Positions 38,158 to 47,547 of a stretch of 64,000 nucleotides of DNA are shown here, one piece after another (within the stretch, counting starts at the first letter, position 1; each line of letters starts with the position of its first letter). Location: NCBI GenBank assembly GCA_000989765.1, contig LBOW01000005.1, forward strand, positions 661 through 64,660. The letters are read 5' to 3'. The stretch comes from Candidatus Woesebacteria bacterium GW2011_GWB1_33_22 (lineage in GTDB: Bacteria; Patescibacteriota; Microgenomatia; UBA8517). Under the pieces are notes generated by a model that was not told the DNA's origin, did no database searches, and saw only the letters and a list, made by a program, of their open reading frames with translations. The position numbers were made by a program, and so were the translations under genes.

Positions 38158-41100
38158 TTATTTATTTTCTAAATTGGCTTTTTCCTCTGTTACTGGAATA
38201 AGTCTTCCTATAATAACATTTTCTTTAAGTCCCATTAATGTGTCCTCTCGGGACAAAAGTGAACTTTCAGTTAAGACGTCCGTCGTCTGTTCAAAGGATG
38301 CTGCTGATAACCAGCTCTCTGTATAAAGAGATCTTCTAGTAATTCCCAAAATAATCTGAGAGGCAGATGCTGGTTCACCACCTTCGACCAAAACTTTTTC
38401 ATTAGCCGCTTCAAAGGAAGCCTTGCTTGTTAATTCTCCAGGTAAAAAGCTGGTGTCACCAGAGCCAATAATCCTTATCTCATCACTCATTTTGCGAGCG
38501 ATTACTTCAAAATGTTTGTCATTGATTCCGATTCCTTGAGATTCATATACTTTTTGAATTTCAGCAACCAAGTATTCTTGAGCTGCACGAAGTCCTTTAA
38601 TTGTTAATATTTCTTTAAGATCAAGTGGACCAAAAGCAAGGGCTGTTCCAGCTTCAACTATTTGGTTATCTTTAACTGCAAGTTCCAGAGTTTTTGGAAC
38701 AATATATTCCCTTTCTTCTTTGATCTTTCCCGTTCCTCTAATCGTAACTTTGTAACCATCGTCGGATTCTGAAACTATCGCCTTACCAGTTATCTCTGCA
38801 ATTGATGAAACAACTTTTGGAGTTCGTGCTTCAACCAACTCTTCAACTCTTGGTAAACCTTGTGTAACATCAAGTACACCAAAGGCACCCGCAGCGTGCT
38901 TAGTTTTAAGCGTCAATTGAGTTCCAGGTTCTCCAATTGATTGAGCTGCAATAACTCCAACTGGTGTACCCATCAAAACTTCATTTTTGGTTGATAAGTC
39001 CCATCCATAACATTTAGCACAAAGACCATATCTTGACTGACATGTTAATGCCGATCTAACCTCTAAATTGTCAATACCGGAAGTATCAATTTTCCCTGCA
39101 ATTTCCTCATTAATAAGATCACCACCTATTGCAATTACTTTATTTTTGGCATCTTTAATATCATTGATTAAGTATCTACCAATAATTCTTTGCATAAAAG
39201 ATGAAGGCCTTTCAGATTTAATAACCTTTAGCCCATCTTTAGTTTTACAATCATTATATCTAATAATTAAATCGTGGGATACATCTACAAGTCTTCTAGT
39301 TAGATACCCAGCATCTGCTGTTTTAATAGCTGTGTCAGTTAAACCTTTTCTAGATCCTCTTGAAGAAGTGACATATTCAAAAACAGATAGGCCCTCCCTA
39401 AAGTTACTCTTAATTGGAAGTTCAACGATTTTCCCAAGAGGATCAACAACAAGTCCTCTCATGGCCGATAATTGTTTAACTTGATCTCGACTTGCTCGAC
39501 CGACCTTAGCGTCGATAACAACTCTAATAGGATTTGTTGGTCCCATCAAAGCCCATGTTTTATCTGCCAAATCCTCAGAAACCTCGAGCCAAACTTCCTT
39601 GGTCATCCTCTTTTTCTCTTCAAGAGTGATAAGTCCTAAGTTAAAGTTTGCCTCTATTTCAGATACTTTATCTTCTGCTTCTTTAAGAATTTTCCCTTTT
39701 TCAGGTAGCAAAACAGCGTCAAAAACTCCAAATGAAATTCCAGAAATTGTACCAGAAGTAAATCCTAATGTCTTAACATCGTCTATCATCTTAACAACTG
39801 TTCCCTTGTCACATTTAGCGTATGCTGTGGCAAACAATTTTTTGATTAAAGACGAAGTCCCAGATTCGTTTACATAATCAAAGACTGGAGGCAATATTTC
39901 ATTAAGATATATTCTTCCAACAGTCGTTTCAATAATTTTACTCTCAATTCGAACATCTATCATTTGTCGAAGCTCAATTCTTTCTGTTTGATGTGCTAGA
40001 ATTGCTTCATTTATATCTGCAAAAATCGTTTTTATCTTTTCCAATTTAGTATCAATTGAAGTTAAGTAATAAATCCCCAAGGCCATTTCTTTTGAAGCTG
40101 GAGTTGAAACAGGTGAACCATCAGATGGTCTTAATAAATTGTGTTCTGGAAGCATTAAAGTTTTTGCTTCCTCAATTGCTTGTTTTGAAAGGGGTACATG
40201 AACAGCCATTTGATCCCCATCAAAGTCCGCATTAAAACCTGAACAAATTGCTGGATGAAGCCTAATTGCACTTCCTTCAATTAAAATTGGATAGAAAGCT
40301 TGAATTGAAAGCTTGTGCAGAGTTGGTGCACGATTCAATAATACTGGATGATCTTTAGTAATTTCTTCCAAAATATCAAAAACCTCAGGTGGTCTCCTAT
40401 CAAGCATATTTTTAGCAGACTTTACATTAGGTGCAATTCCTCTTGAAATCATCTCTCGAAGTACAAATGGCTTAAACATTTCAAGAGCCATTTCTTTAGG
40501 TAATCCACATTGATTAAGCTTCAGGTCAGGTCCAACAATAATTACGCTTCTTCCAGAATAGTCTACTCTTTTACCTAAAAGGTTTTGTCTAAATCTTCCT
40601 TGTTTTCCTTTAAGCATGTCACTTAATGACCGAAGTGGTTGCCTGCCACGAGCCCTCCTGGTGGCTTTTCTTTGAGATGCATCAATTAAAGAATCAACTG
40701 CTTCTTGAAGCATTCTTTTCTCATTTCGCAAGATAATTTCAGGTGCGCCTAGGCCAATTAAGTGTTTAAGTCTGTTGTTTCTATTAATTACCCTTCTATA
40801 TAAGTCATTTAAATCAGAGGTGGCAAAACGTCCACCAGAAAGCTGTACCATTGGCCTTAAATCTGGTGGTAATACTGGTAAAACTCTAAGAATCATCCAA
40901 GCTGGATCAATTTTGGCTTTCTTTAAACCTTCCACAAGCTTTAATCTTTTGACAAGTTTTATGTATTTAGTGCTTGTTGGTTTTGTTTCATTAACTTCAG
41001 TTCTTAATTCTGTTGAAATTTTCTCTATATCGACTTCATTTAAAACAGAAAGTACTGCCTCTGCACCCATCTTGGAATCAAAAAAGTCAGCTGCACCAAA

Positions 41101-41892
41101 GTTGCTAAGTTCATCATATTCTTCTTCTGAAAGAATACTTAAAGTCTTAAGACTTCTTACTAAACTTAACAAGTTTTCAAACAATCTCGAATTTCTTGAT
41201 AAATTTGCTTTTTCATCTTCTGACAAAGAAGTTTCTTTCTTTCTGTTTTCCAATTCAATTTCTGAGACTGCCAAGCTCGCCTGATCTTTATCTTTGATCT
41301 TAGTTTCTACTTTTTCTCTTGCTTTTTTGGCTTCTTCTACTAGAATTTCTCTTTTTTCTTTAAAAGTAGCGATTATCTGAGATTCGTTTTCAGCCAATTC
41401 TTTTTCTAAAACTTTAATAGCATCTTTCTTTTTATCTTCATCAACATTTAGAGCCAAGTATCTAGCAAAATAGATAACCTGCTCAATCGCCCTCGGAGCG
41501 ACTCCTAAAATTGTTGAAATCTTACTAGGAGCTCCTTTAAAAAACCATATATGAGCAACGGGGCAAGCAAGGCTAATGTGACCCATTCTTTCTCGTCTGA
41601 CTCTAGACTGAGTTACTTCAACTCCACATTTATCACAAATAACACCTTTGTATCTAATCCTTTTATATTTACCGCAGAAACATTCCCAATCTTTAGTTGG
41701 TCCAAAGATTTTTTCATCAAAAAGACCATCTTTTTCAGATTTTAAGGTTCTATAATTTATTGTCTCAGGTTTTGTTACCTCACCCCTACTCCATCTTCGG
41801 ATATCATCTGGGGACGCCAAACGAACAACCAAGGATCCAAAATCCTCAAGATTTTTTAAATCAAACAATTGATCAAGTGTATTAGTTAACAT
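38158..41892 (-). CDS. rpoC: DNA-directed RNA polymerase subunit beta'
   Basis: 1244 aa with NADFDGDQMAVH and zinc-binding cysteines. Confidence 0.97.
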   Translation of the reverse strand: MLTNTLDQLFDLKNLEDFGSLVVRLASPDDIRRWSRGEVTKPETINYRTLKSEKDGLFDEKIFGPTKDWECFCGKYKRIRYKGVICDKCGVEVTQSRVRRERMGHISLACPVAHIWFFKGAPSKISTILGVAPRAIEQVIYFARYLALNVDEDKKKDAIKVLEKELAENESQIIATFKEKREILVEEAKKAREKVETKIKDKDQASLAVSEIELENRKKETSLSEDEKANLSRNSRLFENLLSLVRSLKTLSILSEEEYDELSNFGAADFFDSKMGAEAVLSVLNEVDIEKISTELRTEVNETKPTSTKYIKLVKRLKLVEGLKKAKIDPAWMILRVLPVLPPDLRPMVQLSGGRFATSDLNDLYRRVINRNNRLKHLIGLGAPEIILRNEKRMLQEAVDSLIDASQRKATRRARGRQPLRSLSDMLKGKQGRFRQNLLGKRVDYSGRSVIIVGPDLKLNQCGLPKEMALEMFKPFVLREMISRGIAPNVKSAKNMLDRRPPEVFDILEEITKDHPVLLNRAPTLHKLSIQAFYPILIEGSAIRLHPAICSGFNADFDGDQMAVHVPLSKQAIEEAKTLMLPEHNLLRPSDGSPVSTPASKEMALGIYYLTSIDTKLEKIKTIFADINEAILAHQTERIELRQMIDVRIESKIIETTVGRIYLNEILPPVFDYVNESGTSSLIKKLFATAYAKCDKGTVVKMIDDVKTLGFTSGTISGISFGVFDAVLLPEKGKILKEAEDKVSEIEANFNLGLITLEEKKRMTKEVWLEVSEDLADKTWALMGPTNPIRVVIDAKVGRASRDQVKQLSAMRGLVVDPLGKIVELPIKSNFREGLSVFEYVTSSRGSRKGLTDTAIKTADAGYLTRRLVDVSHDLIIRYNDCKTKDGLKVIKSERPSSFMQRIIGRYLINDIKDAKNKVIAIGGDLINEEIAGKIDTSGIDNLEVRSALTCQSRYGLCAKCYGWDLSTKNEVLMGTPVGVIAAQSIGEPGTQLTLKTKHAAGAFGVLDVTQGLPRVEELVEARTPKVVSSIAEITGKAIVSESDDGYKVTIRGTGKIKEEREYIVPKTLELAVKDNQIVEAGTALAFGPLDLKEILTIKGLRAAQEYLVAEIQKVYESQGIGINDKHFEVIARKMSDEIRIIGSGDTSFLPGELTSKASFEAANEKVLVEGGEPASASQIILGITRRSLYTESWLSAASFEQTTDVLTESSLLSREDTLMGLKENVIIGRLIPVTEEKANLENK

Positions 41893-44800
41893 CTTTTTTT
41901 ATTTCCTCTACTTCCATAGGTCCCACAGTACTTAATAATTCATTTGTTGCAATAGCGGTAGCTCCTAATTCATGAGCCAGTTTTTCACCCTCACCTGTAT
42001 CATCATCTGAAATTATTTTTGAGAGTGTGACATTTTTTGGAATGATACTTAATCCTAGTGCATTAAGTTCCCTAACCAACACTTTGAAGCTTTCTGGGAT
42101 TGTGGATTCTGGAATATCTGTTCCTTTAACAATTGCTTCAAACGCTTTAGCTCGGCCAACAATATCATCAGATTTGATTGTTAACATTTCTTGTAAAACA
42201 TGTTGAGCACGATGTGCTTCAAGTGCCCAAACCTCCATTTCTCCTAACCTCTGACCACCCATTTGAGCTTTTCCACCCAGTGGTTGTTGAGTAACAAGCG
42301 AATATGGACCTGTCGATCTGGCATGAGTTTTATCCTCAACCATGTGGGTAAGTTTCAAGATATAACTTATTCCAACCACCGTATCTTCTTTAAATGATTC
42401 CCCCGTTCGTCCATCAATAAGTCTTGCTTTACCATTTATAGGTAAGTCTGCTGATCTAAGCTCACGAACTAAATCGTCTTCTGTTACATGATCAAAGACA
42501 GGAAAAGCTCCTTTTTCATTAAGTTTATTTAATGCTAAACCAAAATGAGCCTCAAGAAGTTGGCCTAAGTTCATACGAGAAAGAACTGAAAGTGGAGAAA
42601 TAACTATGTCAACAGGTGTGCCATCTGCAAGATACGGCATATCAGAAACTGACATGATTTTAGCAATAACACCTTTATTACCATGCCTTCCGGCTACCTT
42701 ATCTCCAACAGTGATTTTTCTGATTTGAGCCACTTTAACATTAATCTTTTCAATAACACCTGGCCCCAAATCGTCACCCTTGTTACGATCCAAAATATTA
42801 ACCCCAACTACTATTCCTTTCTCGCCATGAGGGACTCTTAAAGAGGTGTCTCGAACTTCACGTGCTTTCTCGCCAAAAATTGCGCGCAACAATCTTTCTT
42901 CAGAAGTTAATTCTGTTTCTCCTTTGGGAGCAATTTTTCCAACCAAAATATCGTTTGGTCCTACTTCTGCTCCAATTACAACTATTCCATCCTCGGCCAA
43001 ATTGGCAAGTTCTATCTCTGAAACATTTGGAATGTCTTTAGTTCTTTCTTCTGGTCCCAACTTGGTGTCTACAACCTCAGCTTCATATTCCTCAATATGA
43101 ATTGATGTTAATAAATCATCTCTAACTAATCTATCTGAAACCAAGATTGCATCTTCGAATCCATATCCACCAAAACTTGTGTAGGCAACAACCATGTTAC
43201 GGCCTAAAGCCAATTCACCATTTTGACTTGCTGGACCATCAACTAATAAATCCCCCTCAACAACTTTGTCTCCAGGGTTAACCAATAATCTTTGGTTATA
43301 ACAGGTTGAATGAGCGGTTCTTTTGAACTTCATCAATGAATACTGCTCTCTTGATCCGCCGTCAACAACATCAACATCTTCAATTGTTTCATCAAGTGAA
43401 ATCTTTTTATCAAGTTTAACAACAATCTTGTCATTATCTGCATACTCGACGATTCCATTATGTCTTGCAGTAACTGATCTCTTCATGGCTTTTGATACTT
43501 CTTTTTCCATTCCAGTTCCAACTATAGGAGACTCCGGTGCAACGAGCGGAACAGCTTGACATTGCATGTTAGAACCCATCAAGGCTCTATTTCCCTCATC
43601 GTGAGCCAAAAACGGAATTAAAGAAGCTGAGGTTCCGATTAATTGTCTTGGAGTTATATCGATTAAATCAACCAACTCAACAGATCCTTCGGTAAAACTA
43701 CCCAAGTGTCTTAATGGTACTCTTGAATCTGTAATAAAACCATTGGCATCAATGTTTACCCCAGAATGGGTAATATTATAATTTTCTTCATCCTCAGCTG
43801 TTAAATAGACAATTTCGTCAGTAATTTTTACTTTTTTACCTTTTTTCTCTACTTTTCTGTACGGAGATTCCAAAAATCCAAACTCATTAACTTTAGTGTA
43901 TAGAGCAAGATATGTAACGAGACCAATATTTGGTCCCTCAGGACTTCTAACAGGGTCTATTCTTCCGTACTGAGATGAGTTAACATCACGGATAGAGAAA
44001 GATGCTCTCTCTCTATTTATTCCGCCTGAACCCAAAACTGAAACACGTCTTAAGTTGTCAATTTCAGAAAGTGGATTAGTATCATCTAAAATTGTTGAAA
44101 GTTGATTACTTCTGAAAAACTCATTTAAAGAGGAGATTAAAGGTCTTGCATTGATAAGATTTGATGGAAGTGGCCTATCATCTGGAGAAATCAAACTCAT
44201 TTTTTCCTTAACACTTCTCTCAAGCCTTAAGAGTCCGATTCTAAAAGCATTAACAGCAACCAATTCTCCAACCCTTCGAAGCCGTCTATTTGAAAGATGG
44301 TCGATATCGTCCACCCTACCTATCCCATTTTGAAGTCCTATCAAATAGGTTAAAGCTAAAGAAACATCTTTTAACGTTAAAATATTTACATTTTTATCTG
44401 CGACTTGGGCTCCAAGTCTTTTATTTATTTTGTATCTTCCAACTTCACCCAAATCATATCTTCTTTTATCTAAAAACATACTCTCAAATAAATTTGTAGC
44501 ATTTTCAATTAAAACTGGCTCACCTGGTCTTAACTTTCTATACATTTCCAAAAGGGCTTCATCTCGACTTTTGGTTGAATCTTTTTCCAGGGTTGTTTGA
44601 ATATACTTGTGTTCTTTATCTGTTTCAATCTCTTGAAAAAATCTTATAATTTCTTTCTCGCTCTCCAGGCCAAGGGCTTTTAAAAAAACTGTAGCTAAAA
44701 CTTTCTTTCTTCTATCAATTCTTGCATAAATAAGGTCTCCTCTTGTAACTTCGAATTCTAACCATGAACCATGAAGAGGTCTAACTTCGGCTTTGTAAAG

Positions 44801-45256
44801 AATTCTTCCCGATGACGCATCAAGTTCCCCAGAGAAATAAACTCCAGGACTTCTAACAATCTGATTAATAACCGCTCTTTCAATACCATTAATAATAAAG
44901 GTACCCCTATCGGTCATTTGAGGAAGATCTCCCAAGAAAACTTCCTGGCTTACTTCTTTACCTGTTCTTTTGTTAATTAAATTAGCCGTGATCTTTAAAG
45001 GAACCGCATAAGTTAAACCTTTTTGTTGTGCAATTGCCCCAGAAATAGTTGGTTTACCAAGTTCAGGATCTGATAATGTAAGTTGCCAATTTTTACTTGT
45101 AAAATCGTCTATCGGAGAAATGGATTTTAATTCTTCTGTTATCCCTTCGGTTAAAAACTTTTGCCAAGATTCTCTTTGAATAAGAGTTAAATCAAGCTTT
45201 GGAAGATTTTTTTCTTCTTTGCCGAAATTACGTCTTTGGTTGTTTTTAGCCTTCAT
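41882..45256 (-). CDS. rpoB: DNA-directed RNA polymerase subunit beta
   Basis: 1124 aa with canonical beta subunit blocks; overlaps the rpoC start by 11 nt. Confidence 0.97.
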   Translation of the reverse strand: MKAKNNQRRNFGKEEKNLPKLDLTLIQRESWQKFLTEGITEELKSISPIDDFTSKNWQLTLSDPELGKPTISGAIAQQKGLTYAVPLKITANLINKRTGKEVSQEVFLGDLPQMTDRGTFIINGIERAVINQIVRSPGVYFSGELDASSGRILYKAEVRPLHGSWLEFEVTRGDLIYARIDRRKKVLATVFLKALGLESEKEIIRFFQEIETDKEHKYIQTTLEKDSTKSRDEALLEMYRKLRPGEPVLIENATNLFESMFLDKRRYDLGEVGRYKINKRLGAQVADKNVNILTLKDVSLALTYLIGLQNGIGRVDDIDHLSNRRLRRVGELVAVNAFRIGLLRLERSVKEKMSLISPDDRPLPSNLINARPLISSLNEFFRSNQLSTILDDTNPLSEIDNLRRVSVLGSGGINRERASFSIRDVNSSQYGRIDPVRSPEGPNIGLVTYLALYTKVNEFGFLESPYRKVEKKGKKVKITDEIVYLTAEDEENYNITHSGVNIDANGFITDSRVPLRHLGSFTEGSVELVDLIDITPRQLIGTSASLIPFLAHDEGNRALMGSNMQCQAVPLVAPESPIVGTGMEKEVSKAMKRSVTARHNGIVEYADNDKIVVKLDKKISLDETIEDVDVVDGGSREQYSLMKFKRTAHSTCYNQRLLVNPGDKVVEGDLLVDGPASQNGELALGRNMVVAYTSFGGYGFEDAILVSDRLVRDDLLTSIHIEEYEAEVVDTKLGPEERTKDIPNVSEIELANLAEDGIVVIGAEVGPNDILVGKIAPKGETELTSEERLLRAIFGEKAREVRDTSLRVPHGEKGIVVGVNILDRNKGDDLGPGVIEKINVKVAQIRKITVGDKVAGRHGNKGVIAKIMSVSDMPYLADGTPVDIVISPLSVLSRMNLGQLLEAHFGLALNKLNEKGAFPVFDHVTEDDLVRELRSADLPINGKARLIDGRTGESFKEDTVVGISYILKLTHMVEDKTHARSTGPYSLVTQQPLGGKAQMGGQRLGEMEVWALEAHRAQHVLQEMLTIKSDDIVGRAKAFEAIVKGTDIPESTIPESFKVLVRELNALGLSIIPKNVTLSKIISDDDTGEGEKLAHELGATAIATNELLSTVGPMEVEEIKKDVN

Positions 45257-45321
45257 TATTTTAGGAAAAAATAAATCCTGGTCGAAACAGGAAAAACGTA
45301 ACTTTGTTACGCCTATAATGG

Positions 45322-45349
45322 ATTATATAAGTAATTTATACCTTGTCAA
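45322..45349 (-). promoter_or_regulatory. Consensus promoter TTGACA-16-TATAAT upstream of rpoB, followed by a structured leader of about 65 nt
   Basis: Minus-strand TTGACAaggtataaattacttaTATAAT. The leader contains a CGTAACaaaGTTACG hairpin. Confidence 0.55.
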
Positions 45350-45363
45350 CAACTAAAAAATTA

Positions 45364-46278
45364 TCAATTTAAATACTTTTGAATATTGACATTGTGTTCC
45401 TCTAGGGTTTTTGCAAAGTGAATTGTGCCTTTATCATCATGAATATAATACCAATAGTCACTACTTTCTGGATTTTTTGCCGCTTCAAGTGAAGTTAGCC
45501 CTGCACTAGCAATTGGACTTGGAGGCAAACCCAAATTTTTATAGGTATTAAAAGGCGATTTAATTTCTTTATCAATTGAATAAACAGGTTTCCAATCACC
45601 TTTGATATATTGTAAAGTCGCATCTACTTGTAACGGCCAGTCATTTTCAAGCCTTTTGTATAAAACGCCAGCCACTATTGGTTTTTCAGAATCACTAAAT
45701 GTTTCTCTTTCTAACAAAGATGCCATAATTACCTGTTCAAAAGTAATATCTCCTATTTTTCTTTCAAAAGTTAAGGTTAATTTATTTACAATCTGAGTAG
45801 CTGTTGCGAATTTAGGAAACAAATATGTATCAGGAAACAAATAGCCTTCTTTGCCAGCAGTAAGAGTTAAAAACTCTTTAATAAATTCATTGTCTTTACC
45901 AAGCGTCTTGGCAAATTTTATAGCAACTTCTTCACGCCTTAAACCTTCTGGTATTGTTACCCAAATTTCTTTTGGACCCTTTTTAAGTTGATCTAAAATT
46001 TGCACTAAAGATAAATTGGGAGACAATTGGAATTCTCCTGCCTGTATTTTACTCTGAGAATTGGTCAATTGAACATAAAACTTAAAAACTATTCCACTTC
46101 TCAGTAATCCTGATGATTCAAGTTTATTACCAATTTGGGCGACAGATGATCCTTTAGTTATCAAAAAATCAACAGATTTATTATCTGTCGAAACTGGCAA
46201 AAATAAATTTCTTACATAAAAAGAAAATCCGACTAATAATAGAATTAAAAAAACATTAAATATTAATACTTTCTTCAT
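45364..46278 (-). CDS. mltG: Endolytic transglycosylase MltG (YceG-like)
   Basis: N-terminal TM and a YceG-like domain. Confidence 0.75.
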   Translation of the reverse strand: MKKVLIFNVFLILLLVGFSFYVRNLFLPVSTDNKSVDFLITKGSSVAQIGNKLESSGLLRSGIVFKFYVQLTNSQSKIQAGEFQLSPNLSLVQILDQLKKGPKEIWVTIPEGLRREEVAIKFAKTLGKDNEFIKEFLTLTAGKEGYLFPDTYLFPKFATATQIVNKLTLTFERKIGDITFEQVIMASLLERETFSDSEKPIVAGVLYKRLENDWPLQVDATLQYIKGDWKPVYSIDKEIKSPFNTYKNLGLPPSPIASAGLTSLEAAKNPESSDYWYYIHDDKGTIHFAKTLEEHNVNIQKYLN

Positions 46279-46475
46279 TAGACTTCATCTAGAAGAGCTC
46301 TTCTATATTTTTTGTCCTTAACATTATAAATATAGATTCTCGCGCACTTACAGGTTACCTTTTCACCATACTTGTGAGGTTCATGTTTTGCTTTAGAAAG
46401 TGGCATTCCACAACCAACACATTTTCCTTGACTTAGAAGCCAAGCTTGAATGGGTGCAATTACATTTTTAAACAT
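46278..46475 (-). CDS. Small zinc-ribbon protein (CxxC...CxC)
   Basis: 65-aa ORF with four Cys arranged as a zinc ribbon. Confidence 0.5.
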   Translation of the reverse strand: MFKNVIAPIQAWLLSQGKCVGCGMPLSKAKHEPHKYGEKVTCKCARIYIYNVKDKKYRRALLDEV

Positions 46476-46499
46476 ATCTGTTAAATTATACCATTAAAA

Positions 46500-46865
46500 C
46501 TACTTACTATCTAGATAGTTTTGAAGCATGATGGTTGCCGCATAAGCGTCTTCTCTTTTTTTTCTTTTTTTTCTGTTTATGCCAGCTTGAATTGAAAGAG
46601 AGATGGCATCTTGGGAAGTTAATGTCTCGTCAAAAATTTCCGCACCGATCATACTTGCAAAGCTTTTAGATTCTTCGCCCATATTGTTCTCTGAAATGCC
46701 AACTATTATTTTTTTTATTTCTTCTTTTTCAACTATTTGTTTTATTTGTTCTATTAATACCTTTATATCAGTATATCTAATCACTCTTAATGGCTCTGCC
46801 AATTTACCTTCAGAGGTTGCCAAGCCTATTTTCTTTTTACCATAATCTATACCTAAAAAATTCAT
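46500..46865 (-). CDS. ruvX: Holliday junction resolvase-like RuvX/YqgF
   Basis: MNFLGIDYGKKKIGLA N-terminus and an RNase H-like fold pattern; start at the internal Met. Confidence 0.8.
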   Translation of the reverse strand: MNFLGIDYGKKKIGLATSEGKLAEPLRVIRYTDIKVLIEQIKQIVEKEEIKKIIVGISENNMGEESKSFASMIGAEIFDETLTSQDAISLSIQAGINRKKRKKREDAYAATIMLQNYLDSK

Positions 46866-46869
46866 ATAT

Positions 46870-47547
46870 TTATAATACCACTCTGGCTCTAACAATTAAC
46901 CTCTTTGGATTTCTAGGATCCCCCGGCGGAACACAGGTAACTAGTGTAATAAATGAGTCTGTTGGGTTTTGCTCAAGTATTTGAATATCAGATGGATATA
47001 TTTCAAATAATTCTTCTACCTTAAATTTGTATGAAACACCATCATATTCTATGAATATATCGTCACCCTCTTTTAGAGTTGGTAGTGTTGAAAAAATTGA
47101 AGTGTAGTTTTTAGGGTTATAAAAAATTGGCAGAATTGAATGACCAAAAATAACAGCGTTTCCGTTTTTGCCAGGTAAAGCTGTCCCTGGATACTGAACA
47201 AGATTTTTTGTCAAATCTTCTCCACCAAGAGCCACAACTGCATCTTGAATTTTTAATTTTGGAATTGAAATAGTATAAAAAGAAACTTTGGAACTTCCAA
47301 AATCTTTATTTTTGGGAGCTTCAGGAAACCAATTTGAGGCCTTTGTAAAATCTTTACGAAAGGTTTGAGTATCGTCTTTATCTAAGATAAGCGGTGTTAA
47401 GAGGGTTTTATAACGGTTACCCTCAGTCAGTTGATAACTAATAATGGGCCATACAGAAGAAACGAGAATCACAAGTCCTGAGATTCCTGATATAAGCGCA
47501 GAAAATTTGATTATATTTCGCTTTTTGCGATTGTTTAAATCTCTCAT
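46870..47547 (-). CDS. Sortase family transpeptidase
   Basis: N-terminal TM, a catalytic His region and the TLVTC active-site Cys motif. Confidence 0.8.
   Translation of the reverse strand: MRDLNNRKKRNIIKFSALISGISGLVILVSSVWPIISYQLTEGNRYKTLLTPLILDKDDTQTFRKDFTKASNWFPEAPKNKDFGSSKVSFYTISIPKLKIQDAVVALGGEDLTKNLVQYPGTALPGKNGNAVIFGHSILPIFYNPKNYTSIFSTLPTLKEGDDIFIEYDGVSYKFKVEELFEIYPSDIQILEQNPTDSFITLVTCVPPGDPRNPKRLIVRARVVL

Noticed and set aside
40775-41284. 169-aa plus-strand ORF antisense to rpoC; similar antisense ORFs at 39068..39484, 42846..43100, 53043..53501 and 49541..49972
   Set aside because: They sit inside strongly conserved genes on the other strand (rpoC, rpoB, ftsK, alaS), with Ser/Leu-rich translations typical of antisense frames in AT-rich coding DNA.
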